Source of the DNA: a virus | Lineage: Duplodnaviria > Heunggongvirae > Uroviricota > Caudoviricetes > Crassvirales | IMG/VR virus record: IMGVR_UViG_3300025288_000016 | Span: 431-64,430 of that record | Direction: 5' to 3' (one strand) | Length of the DNA stretch: 64,000 bases | In this document: positions 39,755-49,197 of the stretch, piece by piece | Layout of the letters: each line of letters starts with the position of its first letter | How positions within the stretch are numbered: position 1 is the stretch's first letter | Position numbers and translations under genes: made by a program | Notes under the pieces: model-generated | Databases searched by the model: none | Seen by the model: the letters and a program-made list of their open reading frames with translations, nothing else | What the model was told of the DNA's origin: nothing

Positions 39755-39946
39755 GTTGATGAGATAGTCCGAACTATATGGTGACATATAGAATGTAGCA
39801 GAAATGACTACATCCCCAAGTAAAATAGGCAAGGGTTAGCCTCTTAACAACAACAGTAACCTTGCGTGAAAACAAGACCCGAAATATAAATAAATAGGTA
39901 TAACCTATTGATATATAAGTTAAAGCTGGTAACTGTTAAGAATATC
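39755..39946 (+). mobile_element. Intron-derived 3' element (P7-3'/P9-like) immediately upstream of the helicase 3' exon
   Basis: GAGATAGTCCGAACTATATGGTGACATATAGAATGTAGCAG resembles both the 5' hairpin (CTAGATGGTGACATCTAG) and the 3' end (GATATAGTCC...TATAG...TAGCAG) of element 37238-37451. A GCAAGGGTTA/TAACCTTGC hairpin follows. GC-richer than the flanks. Confidence 0.45.
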
Positions 39947-40897
39947 TTGGGAGTAACAAACTTGAAAACTCAAATAGCTGATTGGCTATTTTTGTATAAT
40001 ACTATTCAACAAGTTATTGATAATAATTTAAATATTCGTTTAAAAATATTCTATTTTACTTTAGAGATGTCTAAAGAGCAAAAAATGTTATCAGCATTTT
40101 CTAATATACTTTATGCAAAAGAAGGTATTAGAATAGCTCCTAAAGACCTTAGAAGTACTAAACAAGAATTAAGTGAAGAAAATTTAAAATTAATATCAAA
40201 ATATGAAGTCTATTTTAATAAAATAGAAGAAATTGTAGAATTTATAGATGACATAAGAAATCCTTTTGGTATTTATAAATTTATGAGAGATTATGCTTCA
40301 GTTAATGGAGTACAACATAAAAGAATTATTAAAACTAATGATAATAAAACTATTGAAGTTGATGATTATTATGAACCAAATGACCCTGATGAATATGTAA
40401 TGATGTTTATAGACCATATAGGTCTTATATCACCAGATTCAGAAAATGGAGAAAAACTTAATTTACATCAATCAATAGTTAAATTATCATCAGATTATTT
40501 ATTAAGACTTAGAAATAAATATAAATATATACCTGTTGTTATACAACAACAGGCTGCAGCTCAAGAATCTCTTGATAATTTTAAAGCTAACAAACTTAAA
40601 CCTAGTTCTGATGGATTAGGTGATTGTAAACTTACATATCGTGATGCTGATGTTATAATTGGATTATTTAGTCCTTTTAAATATGAAATTAGAGAATATA
40701 TGGGATATGATATTACTTTTTTTAAAGATAATATTAGATTTTTAGAGATTATTGGTGGTAGAGAAGGTGGCGGTGGTGAAATATGTCCATTATATTTTGA
40801 TGGTGCAGTTAATTATTTTAAAGAACTACCAAAGCCAGAAGATATACAAGGGCTTAAAAAAGTTTATGACTATATTAAATATGTAGTAAGAATATAA
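39947..40897 (+). CDS. DnaB-like replicative helicase, 3' exon (RecA-like core)
   Basis: Frame open from 39890. GVTNLKT (degenerate P-loop), FYFTLEMS (H1a), FIDHIGLI (Walker B-like) and SSDGLGDCKLTYRDADVIIGLFSP (DnaB lsDLreSG.iEqdADvv). The 5' boundary is uncertain; the ORF track starts at TTG 39908. Confidence 0.6.
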   Translation: MGVTNLKTQIADWLFLYNTIQQVIDNNLNIRLKIFYFTLEMSKEQKMLSAFSNILYAKEGIRIAPKDLRSTKQELSEENLKLISKYEVYFNKIEEIVEFIDDIRNPFGIYKFMRDYASVNGVQHKRIIKTNDNKTIEVDDYYEPNDPDEYVMMFIDHIGLISPDSENGEKLNLHQSIVKLSSDYLLRLRNKYKYIPVVIQQQAAAQESLDNFKANKLKPSSDGLGDCKLTYRDADVIIGLFSPFKYEIREYMGYDITFFKDNIRFLEIIGGREGGGGEICPLYFDGAVNYFKELPKPEDIQGLKKVYDYIKYVVRI

Positions 40898-41085
40898 AAA
40901 TAATAATAAACTCTTTGATTGAAGATAAACAATAGGTTAAGTATTACATACTATAAACTGTATTAGCAGTTATGTTTATTGTAAATTAATATCAAATGAA
41001 GAATGTTTTAAACAAGCGAGTCTATAACTCGGTAGGATATATCCACTAAAATTTGGACAAAGAGTTTATTTATTAAATTAATAAA

Positions 41086-41409
41086 ATGGAAAAAGGAGAA
41101 AGATTTAATGAAGGAAAATTAAAATGGAGTTTAGTTTCATGGAAAGCATTAGAACCAATGGTTCAAGTATTAATGTTTGGAGCTAAAAAATATGCACCTA
41201 ATAATTGGAAAAAAGGTGTAAGTTATACAGAAACTTGTGAAAGTTTACAAAGACATATAAATTCTTTTTTAGAAGGTGAAGATATTGATAAAGAAAGTAA
41301 AATTGTTCATATAGGACATATACTATGTAATGCAATGTTTTTATCATATATGTTTTTATTTAGAAAAGATATGGATAATAGATATATTGATGAAAATTTA
41401 AAAAAATGA
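41086..41409 (+). CDS. dATP/dGTP diphosphohydrolase N-terminal-like (DUF550/MazG-related) protein
   Basis: FGAKKYAPNNWKKG.......SLQRHINSFLEGE...H.GHILCNAMFL matches the GA.KYG..NW.KG...SR...S..RH pattern of mycobacteriophage-type dNTP diphosphohydrolases. Confidence 0.45.
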   Translation: MEKGERFNEGKLKWSLVSWKALEPMVQVLMFGAKKYAPNNWKKGVSYTETCESLQRHINSFLEGEDIDKESKIVHIGHILCNAMFLSYMFLFRKDMDNRYIDENLKK

Positions 41410-41864
41410 GAAAAAGCGATGTAAATAATTTAGAACAATTAGAATTATATTATAATAAAGCTAGAAAAATAAAATTTAATAAAGATTATAAAATAAAAAG
41501 TATAGATGATATAAGACAATTATTTTTTTGTGACTGTAAAAAAACTGTATATACAAGAAATGGTCATCATTGTGATAATAATAAATATAGAAGTTTTAAT
41601 GATTTTTTCTTAATATGTAAATATTATTTTCCTGAAAAAACTATTAGTGAAATATCTAAAGAATTTATAAATAAAGAAACTGAATTAGAAAAAGAAAAAA
41701 AACCTTCATTATATATGAGATATTGTCCTAATATTAAAAAAACAAATATAGCAGGATTATATCCTTATGGATATGATAAAACTAAAATTAAATATAAAAG
41801 TACTGCTAAAATAGAATTTGGTTTTCCAATTAGATTTTCTTTTGAAGAAATAATAGATAATTAA
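41406..41864 (+). CDS. hypothetical protein
   Basis: 152-aa ORF. Confidence 0.4.
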   Translation: MRKSDVNNLEQLELYYNKARKIKFNKDYKIKSIDDIRQLFFCDCKKTVYTRNGHHCDNNKYRSFNDFFLICKYYFPEKTISEISKEFINKETELEKEKKPSLYMRYCPNIKKTNIAGLYPYGYDKTKIKYKSTAKIEFGFPIRFSFEEIIDN

Positions 41865-41905
41865 ACAATAAATAATGTGGAGGTATATGGTCGGATGAAA
41901 ATGAA

Positions 41906-42673
41906 ATGATAGAATTACCAAATAATATTACAAAATCAGCACGTATAAACCCTAAAACTATGGTTATCTTTAGCCAGCCTAAAATGGGAAAAACTACTGT
42001 TGTAGCAGAATTAGAAAACTGTTTAATCATAGATTTAGAAGATGGTTCACAATTTGTGAATGCATTAAAATATGATGTTATTGGAGAGGCAAAAAAAGAA
42101 AATAAATTACCATTAGTTATATTAAAACAATTAATGGAAGCTATTAGTAAATCAAATGAATCTAGAAAAGGTTATACATATAAATATATAGCTATTGATA
42201 CTGTAACTGCATTAGAAGAGATTGTTTTACCTTTAGCAAATAAAATGTATAGAGATACTCCACAAGGTAGAAATTGGACAGGAAATGATGTTACAGAATT
42301 ACCACAAGGTGCAGGATATAGATTTACTAGAAAAGCTTTACAAATTATTTTAAATGAATTAGAAGAATTATGTGATACTTTAATTATTTTAGGTCACATA
42401 AAAGATAAACTCATTGAAAAAGATGGTGAAGAAATGAATGAAAGAGGATTAGATTTAGCTGGTAAAATGCCTGCAATCTTATGTTCAAAAGTAGATGCTA
42501 TAGGTTATCTATACAGAGATGAAAATGAAACAATTATAAATTTTAAACCTTCTGAAAAATTATTATGTGGTTCAAGAAGTGAACACTTAAAAGGTAAAAA
42601 AATAATTGTTGCTAAATCTGATGAAAATAATAAAATTTCAATAGATTGGTCTCAAATTTTTATAAATGAATAA
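41906..42673 (+). CDS. Sak4-like RecA-fold ATPase (AAA_24 family) recombination protein
   Basis: Walker A MVIFSQPKMGKTT at the N-terminus, then IAIDTVTALEE and LIILGHIKDK (Walker B region). Size 255 aa. Confidence 0.55.
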   Translation: MIELPNNITKSARINPKTMVIFSQPKMGKTTVVAELENCLIIDLEDGSQFVNALKYDVIGEAKKENKLPLVILKQLMEAISKSNESRKGYTYKYIAIDTVTALEEIVLPLANKMYRDTPQGRNWTGNDVTELPQGAGYRFTRKALQIILNELEELCDTLIILGHIKDKLIEKDGEEMNERGLDLAGKMPAILCSKVDAIGYLYRDENETIINFKPSEKLLCGSRSEHLKGKKIIVAKSDENNKISIDWSQIFINE

Positions 42674-42699
42674 ATGAATAATAAAATAAATAAATATAT

Positions 42700-43275
42700 A
42701 TGTTTGATTTAAACGGAAATGATTTTCAAGAAAGTACTATTTTTAATAATGGTAAAGCGGGATTAGTGAAAAATGTAAGTATCTCAATAGAGAAAAAACA
42801 AGGTGAAGGAAATACTCCAGATTATAAACTTATTGCAAAAGATGCATTAGGTACAATTAATGTTGGGTTTTATTATGTAACCCCTAATTCTTCTAAAACT
42901 GAAGAACAAAACAATCAATATGAAAAACAACAAGTTTCAAGAATTGTTCATATAGCTAGAGCAGTGCTAGGAAAAAGCTATCCTTTTCCAGCAGTAAGTT
43001 CGTCAAAAGAAGCGTATGATGTACTTTTTGATTTAATTATAAAAAACTGTAATGGTAGAAAATTCAATATTTTTACTACTTATGGTACAGCTAATAGACC
43101 TAGTAAATATCTATCTTTTAGATATTTTAGTTTTATTGAACCAGCTGAAAACGAAGTAACTACACTTTTTACTAAAGCAGGTGATTTACTTGAAAGAGTA
43201 GTGGAAGATTCAAATGATAATAAAGATGATTCTATGAATTTTAAAAACATGGATGCTTTAAATTTTAAATTATAA
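42700..43275 (+). CDS. hypothetical protein (possible ssDNA-binding partner of Sak4)
   Basis: 191-aa ORF. Placement only; no clear OB-fold motif. Confidence 0.35.
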   Translation: MFDLNGNDFQESTIFNNGKAGLVKNVSISIEKKQGEGNTPDYKLIAKDALGTINVGFYYVTPNSSKTEEQNNQYEKQQVSRIVHIARAVLGKSYPFPAVSSSKEAYDVLFDLIIKNCNGRKFNIFTTYGTANRPSKYLSFRYFSFIEPAENEVTTLFTKAGDLLERVVEDSNDNKDDSMNFKNMDALNFKL

Positions 43276-43286
43276 AATAACTGATA

Positions 43287-43315
43287 AAGGGGGTATAAAA
43301 ACCCCCTTATATCTT
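43287..43315 (+). terminator. Rho-independent terminator
   Basis: AAGGGGGT-ataaaa-ACCCCCTT then a T-rich tail. Confidence 0.55.
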
Positions 43316-43331
43316 TAAATTAAAAAAAAAG

Positions 43332-44414
43332 ATGACAATAAATTTAAACAAAAAACTAGTTACAAAAGAATTATTATTAAAACATGTGCTAGATATAGAA
43401 ATATATCTTCATTATAGTAAACAAAATGTTGTTATAAAAAAACCTATGTTGTCACCTTTAAGAACAGAATTAACACCTTCATTTGGTTATTTTATGGGTG
43501 AATCAGGAGAAATATGTTTTAATGATTTTAAATTAGGTAAAGGAGATTGTATAAAATTTGTACAAATCATGTTTGATTTAAATTACTTTGAAGCTTTAAG
43601 TAAAATTGTAATAGATTTTAAATTAACTGATAAATTTTATTATAAAAATTTACAATCTAATCATAATAAACCTATAACTAAAATAGATTATTCTTTTAGA
43701 GAAAGTATTATTAAAAAAAATCATAATATTAAATTAGGAAAAAAAAAGAGAGATTGGAAACTTTATGATTTAGTATATTGGCAACAATATGGTATTAATT
43801 TAGATATATTAAACAAATATAAAGTTGAACCTATAGAATATATTTTTATAAATGATAAACCTATTTTAGCAGATAAATATACTTATTGTTTTACTGAATT
43901 TAAAGATGGTAATAAAACATATAAAATATATCAACCTTTTAATAAAGAATTTAAATGGTTAAATAATCATGATTCTTCTGTGTGGCAAGGATGGAAACAA
44001 CTTCCTGAAAAAGGAGATGAATTAATTATAACTAAATCTTTAAAAGATGTAATGTCAATTGATTCTATTTTAGGAATACCAGCTGTATCATTACAATCAG
44101 AAGGTACAAAACCTAAACCACATATTATACAAGAATTAAAAAATAGATTTAAAACAATTTATTTATTATATGATAATGATTTTGATAAAGAAAAAAATTG
44201 GGGACAAATATTTGCTAAAGAATTATATAAAGAATTTGATATGATTAATTTAATGATACCCAGTGAATTTGAATCAAAAGATTTTAGTGATTTAGTAAAA
44301 AATGTTGATAATTTTGAAATTGGTATTTTAACAACAGATGAAATTGCTAAGAAAAAAACATTAAAAGAAAAAATAACATTAATATGGCAATGTAATATAC
44401 AAATGCCTTTTTAA
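43332..44414 (+). CDS. Toprim-domain DNA primase-like protein
   Basis: LLYDNDFD (DxD) and the upstream ELIITKS acidic motif. Confidence 0.45.
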   Translation: MTINLNKKLVTKELLLKHVLDIEIYLHYSKQNVVIKKPMLSPLRTELTPSFGYFMGESGEICFNDFKLGKGDCIKFVQIMFDLNYFEALSKIVIDFKLTDKFYYKNLQSNHNKPITKIDYSFRESIIKKNHNIKLGKKKRDWKLYDLVYWQQYGINLDILNKYKVEPIEYIFINDKPILADKYTYCFTEFKDGNKTYKIYQPFNKEFKWLNNHDSSVWQGWKQLPEKGDELIITKSLKDVMSIDSILGIPAVSLQSEGTKPKPHIIQELKNRFKTIYLLYDNDFDKEKNWGQIFAKELYKEFDMINLMIPSEFESKDFSDLVKNVDNFEIGILTTDEIAKKKTLKEKITLIWQCNIQMPF

Positions 44415-44437
44415 AATGAAATAAAAACAAAAAAAAT

Positions 44438-44830
44438 ATGAGAGTAGCGGTATATGGTACATTAAGAAAAGAAGGTAGAAATCATGGACTTATAAGTGGT
44501 TTAAAATATTTAGGTTCTTTTGAAAGTAATCCTGAATATGAAATGCGTTCAATAGGAGTATTTCCTGGGATAAAAAAATATGGAAATACTTCAATATATC
44601 TTGAAGTTTTTGAAGTAGATATGAATACATTAAAAAGATTAGATGAATTAGAAGGATATAAAGGTTATAATAATGAACGTAATTACTTCGATAGACAAAT
44701 TATAATTACTCCTTGGGGAAGAACATTAATTTATTTTTTTAAACCTGAATTTAAAACAGCAAATCCAATTATAAAATCTGGTAATTGGATAGAATATCTT
44801 AAAACAAAAAATATTGAAAACTATGCTTAG
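44438..44830 (+). CDS. gamma-glutamyl cyclotransferase-like (AIG2/GGCT fold) protein
   Basis: VAVYGTLRKEGRNHGL (YGTL motif) and a downstream LDELEGY catalytic-Glu region. 130 aa. Confidence 0.6.
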   Translation: MRVAVYGTLRKEGRNHGLISGLKYLGSFESNPEYEMRSIGVFPGIKKYGNTSIYLEVFEVDMNTLKRLDELEGYKGYNNERNYFDRQIIITPWGRTLIYFFKPEFKTANPIIKSGNWIEYLKTKNIENYA

Positions 44831-45740
44831 TCACTTTAGACCTAAAATTTTAAGTAGACATCCTTCACACGATGTTCTAAGAAAAAAATTATCATTTCCC
44901 TTGTTTCCTTTTAAATCAGTAATAAGATTAGGTTCTTTTACTAAATTAGAAGATACTTTAAGTGAAAATGGTAATAGAATTGAATTAAATACAGTTGAAG
45001 CTATTAATAATTCAGCTGATAAACTATTAATGAAACAATGTTTTACTAAAGATAAAGTTAAAACAGCTGATTGGTTTACTATAGAATCTTCAGATAGGTA
45101 TATTTATTATAAAAATGGAGATATTAATATTGGTTCATCTGATGATAATGAAAATCCATTACCTTTCCCTCTAATAGCTAAACACAGATTAGGTAGTAAA
45201 GGAAGAGGTAATTATAAATTAGATTCATTAGAAGAGCTTAAAACATGGTTAAATAAAAGATTAGATAGACTAGATGAATATATTTTTGAAAAATTTTATA
45301 ATTATGTAAAAGAATATAGACTTCATATTACAGAAGATGGTTGTTTTTATACTTGTAGAAAAATGTTAAAATCTGATACACCAGATAAAGATAAGTGGTA
45401 TAGAAATGATGAACATTGTGTTTGGATTATGGAACAAAATGAAGCTTTTGATAAACCTGATTCTTGGGATAATATATTATATAATTCAATAAAAGCATTA
45501 AAATCTACTGGTTTAGATTTTGGAGCTGTTGATGTTAAAGTTCAGAGTTCTACTAATAAAAAAGGGGAAAAAAGAAACAATGCAGATTTTATTATTATTG
45601 AAATAAACTCAGCACCTTCTTTTGGTAAAGTAACAGAGGAGAAATATCTTTATATATTACCTCAATTATTGTTAAATAAATATTATAAAATAATTAAACA
45701 AAATGATACAACAGAAAAAAACATTGAGAGTACTTGTTGA
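44814..45740 (+). CDS. ATP-grasp ligase (RimK/glutathione-synthetase-like)
   Basis: PLIAKHRLGSKGRGNYKL (ATP-grasp Gly-rich loop), EYRLHIT and GLDFGAVDV...ADFIIIEINSAPSF (Mg/ATP site). The real start is probably internal. Confidence 0.55.
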   Translation: MKTMLSHFRPKILSRHPSHDVLRKKLSFPLFPFKSVIRLGSFTKLEDTLSENGNRIELNTVEAINNSADKLLMKQCFTKDKVKTADWFTIESSDRYIYYKNGDINIGSSDDNENPLPFPLIAKHRLGSKGRGNYKLDSLEELKTWLNKRLDRLDEYIFEKFYNYVKEYRLHITEDGCFYTCRKMLKSDTPDKDKWYRNDEHCVWIMEQNEAFDKPDSWDNILYNSIKALKSTGLDFGAVDVKVQSSTNKKGEKRNNADFIIIEINSAPSFGKVTEEKYLYILPQLLLNKYYKIIKQNDTTEKNIESTC

Positions 45741-46443
45741 TAGAGGATTTAGTTCTGAATATGAAGAATTTCTTTCTAGAAGATTTAATGCAGAATTTAT
45801 AGTTTTTGGTAAAGATAAAGATGGTAAATTTCCTAAAAATATAGATTTATTATTATTTACAGGTGGGGCAGATGTTAGTCCTAATTTTTATGGTGAAAAT
45901 AAAGGTAACCAGACATCTACTAATATAGCAAGAGATGAAGAAGAAAATATAATGTTTAATACATATAATTATCTTCCAAAATTAGGTATATGTAGAGGTT
46001 CACAATTTTTAACTGTTATGTGTGGTGGTAAATTAATACAACATGTTAACGGACATTTAGGAAATCATAAAATTCATATAAAAAATAATGATATTTATGA
46101 TGAAAGGTTGCCATTTTCTGAATATGAAATTACTTCTACACATCATCAAATGATGTACCCATTTTTATTACAAAAAGAATCTTATGAAATAATAGGTTGG
46201 TCTAAAAAATTTTTAAGTAATACATACTTAAATGGTAATAATACTGAAATAGAATTAACTTCTGATTTTTTAGAACCAGAAATAGTATATTATAAAGAAG
46301 GTACAGCATTATGTGTTCAAGGACATCCAGAAATGAATAGTTGTCCAAAAGTTACTTCTGATAAAATATTAAATTTAATTTACCAAATATTAATAAAAAA
46401 AAATAGTTATAATAATCAATATGAAAAACAACCATGCGAGTGA
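45703..46443 (+). CDS. Class I glutamine amidotransferase-like / peptidase C26 (gamma-glutamyl hydrolase type)
   Basis: LFTGGADVSPNFYG, nucleophile elbow LGICRGSQFL and His in VQGHPE. Confidence 0.65.
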   Translation: MIQQKKTLRVLVDRGFSSEYEEFLSRRFNAEFIVFGKDKDGKFPKNIDLLLFTGGADVSPNFYGENKGNQTSTNIARDEEENIMFNTYNYLPKLGICRGSQFLTVMCGGKLIQHVNGHLGNHKIHIKNNDIYDERLPFSEYEITSTHHQMMYPFLLQKESYEIIGWSKKFLSNTYLNGNNTEIELTSDFLEPEIVYYKEGTALCVQGHPEMNSCPKVTSDKILNLIYQILIKKNSYNNQYEKQPCE

Positions 46444-47246
46444 TAAAACAAATTAAAATAGGTACAGACCCAGAACTATTTTTGAAAAAAGATGGTGAAA
46501 TTATTTCTGCTGAAGGTCTAATAGGAGGTACTAAAGAATTACCTCTAAAAATTTCTAAACAAGGTCATGCTATTCAAGAAGATAATGTTATGATTGAATT
46601 TAATATTCCTGCTTGTACTAATAGTGAATCTTTTGTAAAAGAAATAAATTTTGTAAAAGAATATTTAGAACAATTAGCAAAAATATATGATTGTACATTA
46701 GATTATTCTGCTTCTGCAATATTAAATAAAAAATATTTAGATACACCTCAAGCAAAAAGATTTGGTTGTGACCCTGATTTAAATGTTTATTTAAAATCAA
46801 TAAATGAATCACCTAATTCAAACACTAATATGAGAACTTGTGGTGGTCATATTCATATAGGATATAAAAATCCTTCTTTAGAAACAAGTGAATCAATTAT
46901 CTATGCCATGGATATTATGTTAGGACTTGAATCTTTAATACTTGATAAAGATACAGAAAGAAGAAAAATGTATGGTAATGCAGGTTGTTTTAGATTTAAA
47001 GATTATGGTGTAGAATATAGAACTTTATCTAATTTTTGGATTACATCTGATGAATTAATAAAATGGGCATTTGATAATACATTAAAAGCTATTGAATTAG
47101 TAAATTCAGGATTAATACCAGAGTTAATAACTGAATTTGGTAATGAAATTAAAAATGCAATTGACAATAATAATAAAAATGAAGGTCAAACATTATTAAA
47201 GAAAATAAAAGAAAAAATAAAAGAAAAGAAATGTGTGGAATTGTAG
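46434..47246 (+). CDS. GCS2-like carboxylate-amine ligase (amidoligase), short paralogue
   Basis: IGTDPELFL (lG.E.Ef.lvd-like), CGGHIHIG (compare YbdK GQHVHVG) and VEYRTLS. Confidence 0.5.
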   Translation: MRVIKQIKIGTDPELFLKKDGEIISAEGLIGGTKELPLKISKQGHAIQEDNVMIEFNIPACTNSESFVKEINFVKEYLEQLAKIYDCTLDYSASAILNKKYLDTPQAKRFGCDPDLNVYLKSINESPNSNTNMRTCGGHIHIGYKNPSLETSESIIYAMDIMLGLESLILDKDTERRKMYGNAGCFRFKDYGVEYRTLSNFWITSDELIKWAFDNTLKAIELVNSGLIPELITEFGNEIKNAIDNNNKNEGQTLLKKIKEKIKEKKCVEL

Positions 47247-49192
47247 CTTGGGCAGGTAAAACACCTAAAAAATTTAACAAAGCAAAGTTTGATTTAGTAG
47301 CTTCTTATAATGAAGAAAGAGGTACAGATTCATGTGGTGTAGCAACTGATGGATTTATATCTTTAGGAGTTCATAACAATAAAGTTTATAGAGATTTTAT
47401 TGTTAATGTAAAATATGAAATTCCAGAAATTATTCCAGCTGTTATAGGACATACTAGAAAAAGTACTTTTGGTGAACATAATGAAGATAATGCTCATCCA
47501 TTTGGTTTTGGAGAAATAGAAGGTGGTAGATTTGAATTTATAGGTGTTCATAATGGGAGCTTATTAAATCATAAAATACTTGCTAAAAAATTTAATATTA
47601 ATTCAACAGAATATATAACGACTAATAAAAAGAAAAATAAAGTTTCAAAAAGTAGAGAAAAAATTGATAGTGAAATATTATTAGAATGTATTTATAAAAA
47701 TAAAAATTTTAAAGTACTTAGTTCATATCTTGGTGCAGCAGCATTAGTTTTTCAAGATTTAAATACTCCAAATATAATTTATTGTTGGCATGGTGCATCT
47801 AAAAAATATGTAAATGATAATGATGGTAAAATATATGAAGAAAGACCTTTATACTATTATAAAGAAACTAGAAATAGTATTTATATATCTTCAATGGAAA
47901 ATTCATTAGAAGCTATCGGTGGAATTAAAGATGAAACTATATTTGAATTTAAACATAATGTTGTATATAAAATAACAGATGGTAATATAGAAAAAGCTGA
48001 ATTATTTCCTTTAAGTAGAAAAGAATGTCATTACATGAGGTCTTATGGTCAAGATTATGAAAATATTAATCCTGTAAATAATAATCAAACTAACGCTTAT
48101 AAAAAAACAGCTAATTATGGTTTACAAATTGATTTTTATAATGATGAAGATTTTTTAAAACATCAAGGTTGTTGTAATATTGATACAAGTAAAAAAATTT
48201 TAGCTCTTCCTTTTTCTCAAAATATAAAAGATATAGATTCTGTTAATAATAATCTTTATTCCCAAAAAGGTATAATGATTTCTCATAATATTTATAATGA
48301 AATAAAACCTGAAACAGAATATAAAACTAGTTGTTATTTTTGGAAACTTAGATATTGGAAAGATACAAGTTTATTACAAGGATGTTATACTTTTATTGAA
48401 AATTTTGGTTTTTATTATCTTGGTAAAAATATTAAAACTGCAAATGACCAATTTTGGTTTTTAACAAACAAAGAATTTTTTCAAGGAGATTTCTGTTTTG
48501 TAAACCAAAATTTAACTAAAGAAGATGGTGCATTTATACCTTTTTTACAAGTAGGTGGAGAAGATGAAATTATTGAACCACCATTATATTATTTCTATAA
48601 AGGAATTAGAGTATTAGAAGTTACTGATTATATCCATTGTTTAGAAATGGAAGAGAATAAAAAAACATTTACTTGGGAGAATATGACTCATTGTTCTGCT
48701 CACCCAATTATAGATATAGGTTATTCTCAAAAAAGTATTTCTACTCAAGGAATTAAACTTAAAGATAGATTAGTTACTGACATTATTTGTCCATTAGGTT
48801 CTAATAGAATTTATACAATTGAAAATGGTAATTGTATAAAAATTGAAGACAAAATGATTATAGATAGTGATGATAAATCTAAAGATAAAAATGATTCTAA
48901 AACAAAAACTGTAGATACAGTTGATACTATAGTTGAACTTCTAGAGGATTTTGAAAATGATATTCAAAAAAATGAAGCATCTAAAAATAATATAGATAAT
49001 ACTAGAGATTATGATTTAGTAGAAAAAACTTTAGAAGAAATTTTTAAGATACCTTTTGGAAAATTTCCATTAGATATAGCAAGATTACAAAAATATTCTA
49101 ATTTAGAAAAGGTTAATGACGCAATTATTATTTTAGAAACATTTTTAACAGATACTAGAAAATTAATTGAAATTGAACCAAAAGAACAATAA
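47231..49192 (+). CDS. N-terminal nucleophile (class II) glutamine amidotransferase domain protein with long uncharacterised C-terminal region
   Basis: Begins MCGIVAW (Cys2 nucleophile), then ..GTDSCGVAT.., IGHTRKSTFG and GVHNGSLLNH. No PP-loop SGGxDS was seen. Confidence 0.65.
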   Translation: MCGIVAWAGKTPKKFNKAKFDLVASYNEERGTDSCGVATDGFISLGVHNNKVYRDFIVNVKYEIPEIIPAVIGHTRKSTFGEHNEDNAHPFGFGEIEGGRFEFIGVHNGSLLNHKILAKKFNINSTEYITTNKKKNKVSKSREKIDSEILLECIYKNKNFKVLSSYLGAAALVFQDLNTPNIIYCWHGASKKYVNDNDGKIYEERPLYYYKETRNSIYISSMENSLEAIGGIKDETIFEFKHNVVYKITDGNIEKAELFPLSRKECHYMRSYGQDYENINPVNNNQTNAYKKTANYGLQIDFYNDEDFLKHQGCCNIDTSKKILALPFSQNIKDIDSVNNNLYSQKGIMISHNIYNEIKPETEYKTSCYFWKLRYWKDTSLLQGCYTFIENFGFYYLGKNIKTANDQFWFLTNKEFFQGDFCFVNQNLTKEDGAFIPFLQVGGEDEIIEPPLYYFYKGIRVLEVTDYIHCLEMEENKKTFTWENMTHCSAHPIIDIGYSQKSISTQGIKLKDRLVTDIICPLGSNRIYTIENGNCIKIEDKMIIDSDDKSKDKNDSKTKTVDTVDTIVELLEDFENDIQKNEASKNNIDNTRDYDLVEKTLEEIFKIPFGKFPLDIARLQKYSNLEKVNDAIIILETFLTDTRKLIEIEPKEQ

Positions 49193-49197
49193 AATTT

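Noticed and set aside
47231-49192. Considered Gat-QueC (7-deazaguanine pathway) or asparagine synthetase for the MCGI protein
   Set aside because: No PP-loop SGGxDS motif was seen anywhere in the 653-aa sequence. Only the N-terminal Ntn amidotransferase domain is supported.
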